This document shows positions 34,049 to 44,700 of a stretch of 64,000 nucleotides of DNA, piece by piece. Both the position numbers and the translations under genes were made by a program. The stretch lies in NCBI GenBank assembly GCA_001661245.1, contig KV454012.1, positions 340,147 through 404,146 on the forward strand, given 5' to 3'. The DNA comes from Pachysolen tannophilus NRRL Y-2460. Lineage: Eukaryota. The notes beneath the pieces are model-generated. The model made no database searches, was not told the origin of the DNA, and was given only the letters and a program-made list of their open reading frames with translations. Every line of letters begins with the position of its first letter. Position 1 is the first letter of the stretch.

Positions 34049-35695
34049 CTATAAATTTGAATTGATGCAAAAATTTGCCTTTATACCCAGTGGTGAAGAA
34101 GCAGGACTTGAAGCATTGTGATCAACATTATTCAGCAATTTGATTGTATAATAATCGTTATAATCTGAATTAACAATCAACAATTGAAAACTAAATAAGT
34201 AGCAATATTTGTTTGACCAGTTTTTACCATCTTTTGAAACTAAAAGTTTATCAGCTAATCTTAATAATCCAAAAGAATCGACTATGGATTCACTTATTTC
34301 CCTTTTAACTTTTTGTTTTTCAAAATTTCTAGTTAAATCAGCTATAAATCTTGAACGAAGTAATGCCAATGGTATACTATTATTGAAAGATTTTTGTGTG
34401 TGAATAGAACTAAAGACTTTTGTCTTTGTAGAAGTTGGGGATGAAATTGGTGATTTTGAAGCTGATGAAATAATTGATGACATTGCTGATATTGAAGAAC
34501 CTCTTGAAGCTTTTCTATGATGTAATGATGCTATCCCAGACGCCACAAGTCTTTTGTCTGGAATATCAATTGATAAATCAGAATTTGGTCTAATTTTACC
34601 TTTTCTTGAAGAAGATGATGGGGTTGTTGAACTAATGATGGAAGGGCTTAATCGTAATTTTGGAGTTGTTGTTATTCTTTTATTTTGATCTTTTTTAGAT
34701 ATGGAAGTTGGTAACGAGATTTTAGAATTCTCAAGTAATTGTTTTGTTAAAATCGAATCTGCAGTATTATCATCACTTGGAATAGCCTCTTGATTACATT
34801 TTTTACATATAGGAAATATTGATCTACCATTTGTATTTTTTAATCCATTTGAAATTTTTCCTAGATCATCAAAAGTTTCTTCTTCAATAACAATGTTTTT
34901 AGGTGTTTCAACTGTTGAAAATTCTATTGCAACGTTAAAACATTGTTCATGACAAGTATCACCACATTTTAGTTCTATAATTTTTTCTGAAATATCTGTT
35001 GAAGTTAAAACAGATTCTAAAGGTTCATCACAAAAAACGCACCGTATTCCAAGTAAATTTTTACGTTGTCTTGGAGATTGATTATAAGCAAATGGTTGAA
35101 CTCTTGGAGGTGAAGATAATCTAGAAATAGAAGAAGTTGGAAACTTGATTCTTGGTTCTGATGAAGGTACGTTACGTATATGACGTACTGGAGTTCTAAA
35201 AGGATCTGGTAAATCTTGAATTTCAAAAGTGGGTTTATTGATTCTTGGGAACGGGGACTGAGAAATTTCTGGAACTTCTATCTTTGGCATTGATGTTGAT
35301 TTTGAAATATTTGCAGCTGGAAGTAATTTATTATTATTATTAAATTTTGATTTTTTCTTGAAAAACAATGATGGAGAACTAGGCATTTTCCTATGAGTAT
35401 TATTACCATTACCAGCAACTGCATTACGAGAAACTGAATTACCACTGACTTTAGCATCAGTGTGCCTGCTTAAATTATTCGTTAAAGCATTCAAAGATTC
35501 TTCATCAATTAAACTTCCTGGTGGTATTATTGATTTCTTATTCTTATTAATATTATCACCACCATGTGATCCAGGTGATGAAAACCTTGTCTTTGGCTTC
35601 CAACTTGTAGATAATGACGGCGAAACCGAATCCATCTTATCTATATCTCGATCTATTATATTATTACTATTTTTTCTTTTAGGTTTCAATGACAT
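34049..35695 (-). CDS. STE5: Ste5-like MAPK scaffold, N-terminal half (RING-H2 plus first part of the PH domain), truncated at the inversion junction
   Basis: RING-H2 CVFCDEPL...ELKCGDTCHEQC...FPICKKC, then FGLLRLADKLLVS...CYLF (Ste5/Far1 PH start). Neighbour of SPO71, as STE5 (YDR103W) is of SPO71 (YDR104C) in S. cerevisiae. Far1 is not excluded by sequence alone. Confidence 0.8.
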   Translation of the reverse strand: MSLKPKRKNSNNIIDRDIDKMDSVSPSLSTSWKPKTRFSSPGSHGGDNINKNKKSIIPPGSLIDEESLNALTNNLSRHTDAKVSGNSVSRNAVAGNGNNTHRKMPSSPSLFFKKKSKFNNNNKLLPAANISKSTSMPKIEVPEISQSPFPRINKPTFEIQDLPDPFRTPVRHIRNVPSSEPRIKFPTSSISRLSSPPRVQPFAYNQSPRQRKNLLGIRCVFCDEPLESVLTSTDISEKIIELKCGDTCHEQCFNVAIEFSTVETPKNIVIEEETFDDLGKISNGLKNTNGRSIFPICKKCNQEAIPSDDNTADSILTKQLLENSKISLPTSISKKDQNKRITTTPKLRLSPSIISSTTPSSSSRKGKIRPNSDLSIDIPDKRLVASGIASLHHRKASRGSSISAMSSIISSASKSPISSPTSTKTKVFSSIHTQKSFNNSIPLALLRSRFIADLTRNFEKQKVKREISESIVDSFGLLRLADKLLVSKDGKNWSNKYCYLFSFQLLIVNSDYNDYYTIKLLNNVDHNASSPASSPLGIKANFCINSNL

Positions 35696-36345
35696 ACTTA
35701 ATGTTAAGAAGTCTCCAGCCTTAACTTAACTTTTTTTTCTTTATTTTTATTTTTGGTGATTTTTTTTTCTGCAAGAAAATTTATTTTACTTCAAAAATTG
35801 ATCCCATCAGTAAAAATTATATTTTCAAATTGTTTTTTTTTTAATTTTATTATCTCTATCAAATATTCTCCTTATCTGATGATCTATAATGAGGTGTATA
35901 TTATATTATAAATTTTTTTTTTTAATTTTTTATTTTAAAGTGCCTCAACCGATCATTTGATGAAGTACTATTGATTTCTAAGATGAAAAAAAAGAATAAA
36001 ATTTTTTAAAAAGATAGTAGTAGTTGTATAAATTTAGCGGTATACTTGAGGCAGTCTTGTTTCACCTTCTCACAACTGCCCCTTACAAAATGAGGACAGC
36101 CACATAAAAGAACCCCGAAAGAATCAAGCTAAATTAAAACGTCCACATTTCATACTTTGATTTACTTAGGTCTATCTAAGTAAAACCTAAGTAAGACTAA
36201 GTAAGACTAAGCAAGCTAAGGCAGTTTAAGGCTGGTTAAGGCAAGTTTAGGCAAGGTCCCAAAATTGATGGTCTTGAATAGTTTTAAATATCATGTAATT
36301 CAACTAATTGTAACCAAGGTATTAAAGATTTTTCAAGCATATTTG

Positions 36346-36378
36346 ACATATTTGACATATTTAATATGTCAAATATGT
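36346..36378. repeat. Perfect 16-bp-arm inverted repeat with a 1-nt spacer in the STE5-PDA1 intergenic region
   Basis: ACATATTTGACATATT-T-AATATGTCAAATATGT. Confidence 0.9.
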
Positions 36379-36963
36379 TTGATATACTGCATGTCTTTTA
36401 ATTAAAAGGGCAATTAATTGTGTCCATCCAATTTTATTAGTTTTTGGCAGTTGTATCTGCTGGACGGAGGAATCAACTAAACAGGCAGTCCGAAGAGGGC
36501 AGCAGTTAATTGCAGTCAATTGCAGGTAGCCAAGTGGAAGCTGACAGGTTGCCGCCGGCGGAAAGCAAAAGGGGCGGTTTCATTTTTGGTTCAATTTTAT
36601 TTTATTTCCCCTTCACTTCCCACCCCTGCCGCCCTAAACCTCATTTTTTTTTCTTCTTCATTTTACGGGCGTTATTGCTTTCTTTTCTACTTTTTTTCTG
36701 CTTTTGGGCGGATTGGTAAAATCCGCGTACTCGATAGAGAGAAGCCCATTTAGTGGAAGATTTTTTTCTTTTTTACCGTAGAAGAAAGAAAGAAAGAAAG
36801 CAAAGGTTTTTAATTTTAACTATTTTTTTATTATTTTTTTATTTAATCATTTTATCAATTCAATTCAACTTAATTCAACTTAAATCAATTCAAATCAATT
36901 CAATTTAATTTGATCAATTGAGGGTTTCTTTTTTTTTTTCTTTTTTAAATTTGATTATTGAAA

Positions 36964-38235
36964 ATGTTACGTTGTTCTTCTTTTTCTCCGGTTGCGAGAA
37001 AAGTATTTCAATCTTCGTTAGTAAGAAATAATAGAATTAATGTTAAAGTTAATAATACTTTATCGGCGGTTAGAAGATTAGCAACTACATCTGATGAAGC
37101 TGCTGAAAATATTGCTAATGACCAGACAGTTCAACTTGAGATTCCTGCAACTTCTTATGAAGGTTATATGTTGGAAGATCTTCCTGATTTAACTTTTGAA
37201 ACTGAAAAATCAACCTTGTTACAAATGTATAAAGATATGGTTATTATTAGAAGAATGGAAATGAGTGCTGATGCTTTATATAAAGCTAAAAAGATTAGAG
37301 GCTTCTGTCATTTGTCGGTAGGTCAAGAAGCTATTGCTGTTGGTGTTGAAAATGCAATTACGAAAAAAGATAGTGTTATTACATCTTATAGATGTCATGG
37401 TTTCACTTATATTAGAGGTTCTCCAGTTAAAGATGTCTTGGGAGAATTGATGGGTAAAAGATGTGGTGTTTCTTATGGTAAAGGTGGGTCCATGCATATG
37501 TATACAACGGGATTCTATGGAGGAAATGGAATTGTTGGAGCCCAAGTCCCATTAGGTACGGGTTTAGCTTTTGCACATCAATATAATAATGAAGCAAATT
37601 GTACATTTAACTTATACGGTGATGGTGCTGCTAATCAAGGTCAAGTTTTTGAATCTTTTAACATGGCTAAATTATGGGATTTACCTTGTATATTTTGTTG
37701 TGAAAATAATAAGTATGGTATGGGTACTTCAGCTTCTAGATCATCAGCAATGATTGAATATTATAAAAGAGGTCAATATATTCCAGGTTTAAAAGTAAAC
37801 GGTATGGATGTATTGGCAGTTTTCCAAGCTTCAAAATTCGCAAAAGATTGGGTTATTTCAGGTAATGGACCTCTTGTATTGGAATTTGAAACTTATAGAT
37901 ATGGTGGTCATTCAATGTCTGATCCAGGTACTACTTACCGTACAAGAGAAGAAATTCAAAACATGAGATCAAGAAATGACCCAATTGCAGGATTAAAACA
38001 CCATTTGATCGAATTGAATATTGCAACAGAAGATGAAGTTAAAGCTTATGATAAAGCTGCTAGAAAATATGTTGATGAACAAGTCGAGTTGGCAGATGCT
38101 GCCCCACCTCCAGAAGCCAAGATGGATATTTTATTCGAAGACGTATACGTCCCAGGATCAGAAATCCCTGTATTAAGAGGCAGAATCTCAGATGATTCTT
38201 GGTCATTTGCTAAAGGTGGATTTGCAAACCGTTAA
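36964..38235 (+). CDS. PDA1: Pyruvate dehydrogenase E1 alpha, mitochondrial
   Basis: Presequence, IRGFCHL, YGKGGSMHMY, YGDGAANQGQ, YRYGGHSMSDPGTTYR. Confidence 0.98.
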   Translation: MLRCSSFSPVARKVFQSSLVRNNRINVKVNNTLSAVRRLATTSDEAAENIANDQTVQLEIPATSYEGYMLEDLPDLTFETEKSTLLQMYKDMVIIRRMEMSADALYKAKKIRGFCHLSVGQEAIAVGVENAITKKDSVITSYRCHGFTYIRGSPVKDVLGELMGKRCGVSYGKGGSMHMYTTGFYGGNGIVGAQVPLGTGLAFAHQYNNEANCTFNLYGDGAANQGQVFESFNMAKLWDLPCIFCCENNKYGMGTSASRSSAMIEYYKRGQYIPGLKVNGMDVLAVFQASKFAKDWVISGNGPLVLEFETYRYGGHSMSDPGTTYRTREEIQNMRSRNDPIAGLKHHLIELNIATEDEVKAYDKAARKYVDEQVELADAAPPPEAKMDILFEDVYVPGSEIPVLRGRISDDSWSFAKGGFANR

Positions 38236-38742
38236 AAGTTGACAAAATATTGATCAAATTATAAATAGTTTTCTTTTTTGTCGTTGCCTCTTTTAAATTC
38301 CAAAAAAAAAAAAAAACATTTTTTTATTTTTATTTTCTTTTTTTCTTGTTCTGTTCTTCAATAATACGCTTTCTTTAGAACTCTTCATTTTTATCTCTTA
38401 AATTCAACCACTTTGATTCAATCATCATTATTATATATCAAAAGTAATAAAGTGATAATGGTAAAAGTAATAAACTAATTAAATGGGTCGCGCGCACGAC
38501 TTTTTCATCTTTTTTTTCAAGTTTTTTTTTTTTTTGTAATTTTTTTTATTTTTCATTTTTAAACAATATTAAAAAGAACAAGAGATTTATAAATTATTTT
38601 AAATAAAAAGAAAACTATTCCTTTCACTGGCATTGAGCGTCAAAAAAAGAAGTCATTATTATCGAGACTTTAGCGCTTAGTAACTAGTTTGTGTTTTTTG
38701 GTTTTTTTTTTTCTTTTTTTTCTTTTTATTGATCAATTCAAG

Positions 38743-41700
38743 ATGTCAGATAAGAAAATTCAACAGTATAAGTACGATGAGATGTCGAATAAGGTCTTAA
38801 GGGCCGATAAAAGACTTATGGATGACCCTAAAGCAAGAGCAGAAAGAGATATTAATTCAGTTCCGGAGTCTTTGGTGGGGAAAATAAGCGTGAAAGATAT
38901 GGGTTCTAGAGCACATGCTTCAAAACCAGAAATCTCTGAAGAAGAGAAAAAAAAATTTGCCACAAGAAATAAATCAAGAATAAATAATAAAAATGATTCA
39001 AATTCCAAGAAAGTAAAGTCTCAGAGATATAATGGTAATGCGAATTTATTTGATATAGAAAGTTTGAATTACGTACCGAAAACTGCAGAAAATCAACTGA
39101 TTTATGATGAATTACTTTCATGGTCTTCAAATCAGTTGGATAACGATGCTTCTCAAGATGTCATAAGATCTTTAACAGATTTAATCTTGGAAGTGTTATA
39201 TGATGAAAATTTAACTGATATTAACAAGAAACTGAAGTGTGAGGAATTGTTGGAACATCCTTTAAATGGAAATGATTTTCAAGAAGCTTTAAGCTTATCA
39301 AAACAAATCACTGATTATAGATTCAACGAAGATTCAGCAGTAAATGGAAATGAAGAACAAGGAATAGCTGTTGTCTTTGATGAGGACGATGACAATGAGG
39401 ATGAGATGATAGACGAAGGAGAAGATGACGATGAAGGAGAAGAAGAAGAAGAAGATGATGATGATCACGACGATGACAATGACAATGATGAGCATAAACA
39501 ATTATTAGAACCTGAAGAAGAAGTTGTTGAGGTAACTAATCATGATAATTTTGAAAAAAATTCAGTGGAACAAGAGACAAAACTTGTGAAAATAGAAAAT
39601 TCTTCAAAGAATTCTACTAATAATCAGCATGACTTAAAATCTTTACTAGGTATACAATCAATAGATAAATTTTGGTTAACAAGAGAGTTATCTTCGATTT
39701 TTAAAAATTATGATTCATACAAGAATGCAGAATTAGCAAAGAAAATATTCATATTGTTGGATGACACAGTATCGGGGAAAATAGATACAAGAATACTAGA
39801 AAATGAATTGATGGAATTATTAGAATTTGAACACTTTGACTTTATTGAAAATTTAATGAAAAATTATAATGTCATATATTACGGTATAAGATTGAGCTCT
39901 TTAGACAAAGAAGAAGATAAAGTTCTTGTATTTCAAGAAATTGAGAAAAAAGGCTTAAACCACTTGGTTGAAGAATACACAGGTAAACTTACTGAAATAA
40001 GAGGAAAGCGGAATGAACCTGAAACTCTGGAAGTCATATCGGAGGACCATGTGGTGAAAAAGAGAAAATTGGAGCAACAAATAGTGAATAAGAGACAACC
40101 TAGGCTAGTTGACTTAGATGCTTTGGTTTTCGATGAGGGCTCTCATTTAAGAACTTCATCCACTTTGAAATTACCTAAAGGTGCATATAAACTTCCCAAA
40201 AAATATGAGGAAATTCATATACCTGCCCCTGAACCCCCAGCGTTTGCAGAAGATGAAAGATTAATACCAATAAAAGAATTAGATGAATGGATTCAACCAG
40301 TTTTCCCAGAAGCTGAAACTGCTACTTTAAATAGAATACAATCAAAAGTATATCCAACTGCCTTCAGAACTGACGAAAATATCTTATTATGTGCACCAAC
40401 TGGTGGTGGTAAAACTAATGTTGCAATGTTAGCAATTTTGAGAACTTTATCTAATTACCGCGATAAAGATACAGGGAAAATTGACTTAAATGGATTCAAA
40501 ATTGTTTATATTGCACCATTAAAGGCCTTGGTTCAAGAACAAGTTAGAGAATTTCAAAGAAGATTATCTCAGTTTGGCATAGTTGTTAATGAACTTTCTG
40601 GAGACTCAAATTTAACCAAACAGCAAATATCAACAACACAAATTTTAGTCACTACTCCTGAAAAATGGGATGTCATCACTAGAAAAATGTCCGATGGTTC
40701 GTATGTTAATTTAGTAAGATTGATTATAATTGATGAAATTCATTTATTGCATGATGAAAGAGGACCTGTTTTAGAAAGTATTGTTGCTAGAACTATTAGA
40801 AATACTGATTCGGATAGCAATGAAGAGCCTGTAAGATTGATAGGTTTATCGGCCACTTTACCAAATTATCAGGATGTAGCAATGTTTTTAAGAGTAGACC
40901 AAAATAAAGGATTATTTTATTTTGATGCAACTTATAGACCATGTCCTTTATCTCAGCAGTTTGTTGGTATTAATGAAAAAAGAGCCTTGAAAAGATATCA
41001 AGCAAATAATGAAGTTTGTTACGAAAAAATTTTGGAAAGTGTATCAGAAGGAAATCAAGTTATTGTATTCGTTCATTCAAGGAAAGATACTTTCAAAACG
41101 GCTAAATGGATTAGAGATAAGTTGTTAGAAAACAATCAGTTAAACAAATTGTTGAAATCCGACTCTGGTTCAATCGAAATCTTAAAACAGGAATCTGAAA
41201 ACTGTAAAGATTCGGGGTTAAAAGATTTATTACCTACAGGATTTGCTTTGCATCATGCTGGGTTAAATAGATCAGATAGGTCTTTATCAGAAGATTTATT
41301 TGCTGCCGGATATATTCAAGTTTTAGTTTCAACCTCCACCTTAGCATGGGGTGTTAACTTACCTGCTCACACAGTTATAATTAAAGGCACCAATGTTTAT
41401 TCTCCCGAAAAGGGTACCTGGGTGGAATTATCTGCACAGGATATTTTGCAAATGCTTGGTAGAGCAGGTAGACCAAGGTATGATAAGAGTGGTGAGGGTA
41501 TAATCATCACATCTCAAGATGAGATTCAGTATTATTTAGCTATTTTAAACCAGCAGTTGCCTATTGAATCTCAAATGATGGGCAAGCTAGTTAATAGTTT
41601 GAATGCTGAAGTTGTTTTAGGCAATGTAAAATCGCGAGATGATTGTGTTGACTGGTTAGGCTATACTTACTTGTTTGTAAGAATGCTTCATTCACCAGTC

Positions 41701-44700
41701 CTTTATCATGTTGGTCCAGAGTATAAGGATGATAAGTTATTGACCGAGAAAAGAGAAGATTTGGTTCATTCGGCTTTAACGATATTAGATAAAAATAAAT
41801 TGATTATCTATGATGCTAATACAGGATCTATCACATCAACGGAATTGGGTAAAATTGCATCCTATTATTATATTAGCTATGAGTCGATGAACTTATATAA
41901 TCAGCAATTGAAATTTTTTTCATCGCCAATTGATATTTTGAGAATCTTTGCGCAGTCAGGAGAGTTCAAGTATATTCCAGTCAGACAAGAGGAAAAAATG
42001 GAAGTCAGCAAATTGTTAGAAAAAGCACCTATTCCCATAAAAGAAGCTGCTGCGGATCCATTGGCTAAAATTAATGTTTTATTGCAATCATATATTTCAA
42101 GATTGAAGTTGGACGGTTTTGCTTTAGTGGCCGATATGGTATATATTGTTCAATCTGCCGGTAGATTACTAAGAGCTATCTATGAAATAGCTTTGAAGAA
42201 AAAATGGTCAGCTCTAACAAGAACGTTATTAAATTTATCCAAAATGGTTGATAAAAGAATGTGGTTATCTAACTCCCCGTTTCGACAGTTTCCAAATGTG
42301 CCGTATGAAATCATTAGAAAGACCGAAAATTCGCAAATGCCATGGTCTCATTATTTTAATTTGTCAGACCCAGCAGAAATGTCACAAGCTATTAGATCTG
42401 AGAAGTATGGTAGAACAGCTTTTGAGCTTTTGAAAAGCTTTCCAAGATTGACAATGGCAGCTACTGCACAGCCAATTACCCCTTCATTATTAAGAGTTGA
42501 GTTGGAAGTTTTACCTGAATGGGACTGGAATGTTGAAATCCATGGATATGCAGAAAGCTTTTTACTATTAGTTGAAGACTGTAATGGTGAAAACATATTA
42601 TTCAATGACACTTTTTTGGTTCGTAAAAATTACATCAATCAGGAGCATGTTTTAGAATTTACTGTTCCTATTTTAGAACCTCTTCAACCAAATTACTTCA
42701 TATCTTTGATAAGTGAAAGGTGGTTACATTGTGAAGCTAAAATACCTTTGAGATTTGGACGTTTGAAAGTACCAAAAAAATTTCCAGCACCAACTCAATT
42801 GTTAAATTTACAATTAACTCCAGTTACCGATTTGAAGATTAAAGAGTTTGAAAATGTTTTTGGTTTTGAATATTTCAATAAATTTCAAACTCAGGCTTTT
42901 CAATCTTTATATAATTCGAACGAAAATGTATTAATTGGAATGTCAAAAGGTTCAGGAAAAACTGTATGTGCTGAGCTATCTTTGTTGAATCATTGGAAAC
43001 AAAGTAAAGGGAGAGCCGTATATATATCTCCATCACAGGAAAAAATAGGATATACTTACAAGGATTGGAAAAAAAGATTTTCAGGAATAGCAGGTGGTAA
43101 ACTTGTCGATAAACTAACTGGCGAATTAACTCAAGATTTGAAAATCTTAGAAAATTCGCATTTAATTTTATCAACCCCTCAACAATTTGACACAATTTCA
43201 CGTCGTTGGAAATATCGTAAAAATATTCAGCAAATTGGGCTATTTATTATAGATGACTGTCATACGATAGGAAATGGATATGCAGGTACTGTGTATGAGG
43301 TTATCATTTCGAGAATGAGATTTATTCATGCCAGACTTGAAAATGACTTGCGTATTGTTGGTTTAACCACCTCTTTAGCAAATGGTAAAGATTTTGCGGA
43401 ATGGATTGGAGTTTCAAAAAATAATTTATTCAACTTCAGTTCTAAAGAGAGAATAAATCCTTTAGAAATTCGTTTACAATCATTTGATATTCATCACAAT
43501 CCATCTTTAATTCTATCGATGATACGGCCAATATTCCAGGCTGTTGCGCCATATTCTGAAGGTGAAAGTAATGTCACAATTTTTGTTCCATCGAGAAAGC
43601 ATTGTGTTGAAATCAGTGCCGAATTTGTCAAGTCGGCTAACTCTCATGACATTGACTTTTTGAAGACCGATCTTGAATCTATCGAGCCTTTTTTGGTCAA
43701 GATAAGTGACGCTGCGTTAAAAGAATCATTGACCAATGGTATTGGATACTACTATAAAGATATGCTTCCTGGTGATAAATCAACCGTTGAGAAATTATTC
43801 AATGCTGGAGTTTTAAGCATCTTGTTTGCAACTCGTGAAACATGTTTTACTTGTCCTGTTGCTAATTTTGTTGTGGTCTTGAGTACTCAGTATTATGAAG
43901 GAAAGGAACATCGGTACATTGATTATCCCATCAATGAGTTGTTAGAGATGATTGGAACATCTGTTGCTGATGAAGGAGGTTCAGCAAAATGTCTGATTCT
44001 AACAAATTCTTCCAAGCGTGATTATTACAAAAAATTTTTGAATGAACCTTTACCAGTGGAAAGCCACTTGAATATTTTTTTGCATGATGCATTAATTAAC
44101 GAAATTACTACGAAAACAGTGAACTCGAGACAGGACTGTATCGACTGGTTAACGTTTTCATATTTCTATAGAAGATTACAGTTCAATCCTAGTTTCTATG
44201 GTGTTGAAAACACTTCTCATTTGGGAATTTCCGAATATTTGTCAGAACTAATTGAGAATACTTTGAAAGACTTAGTTGATGCTAAGCTTGTTGAAGTCGA
44301 AGATGATGAAGAGGAGGAAGAGGAAGAGGAAGAAGAGAACAAGGATGATGAGGAATCAGAAGCAAAGGTAGAAATTGTAGCTCTTAATGGTGCTATGATT
44401 GCCGCTTACTACAATATTTCGTTTATTAGTATGCAAACATTTACTTTATCATTAACTAACAAGACAAAATTGAAAGGATTGTTAGAAATTATCACATCTG
44501 CCTCTGAATTAGAAGCAATACCTGTAAGAAAACATGAGGATGAAATTTTATCTAAAATTTATAATAGACTTCCAATCAAATCATCAAATCCTAATTACGA
44601 GTCTCCATTTTTCAAGTCATTTATCTTGTTGCAAGCTCATTTTTCTAGAATACATTTGCCTCATGATTTAGTTTCCGATCAAAAATTTATTTTGGAGAAA

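Noticed and set aside
36291..36308. a1-alpha2 repressor site upstream of STE5 (TCATGTAATT...)
   Set aside because: Only one half-site matches; the partner ACATCA half is absent.
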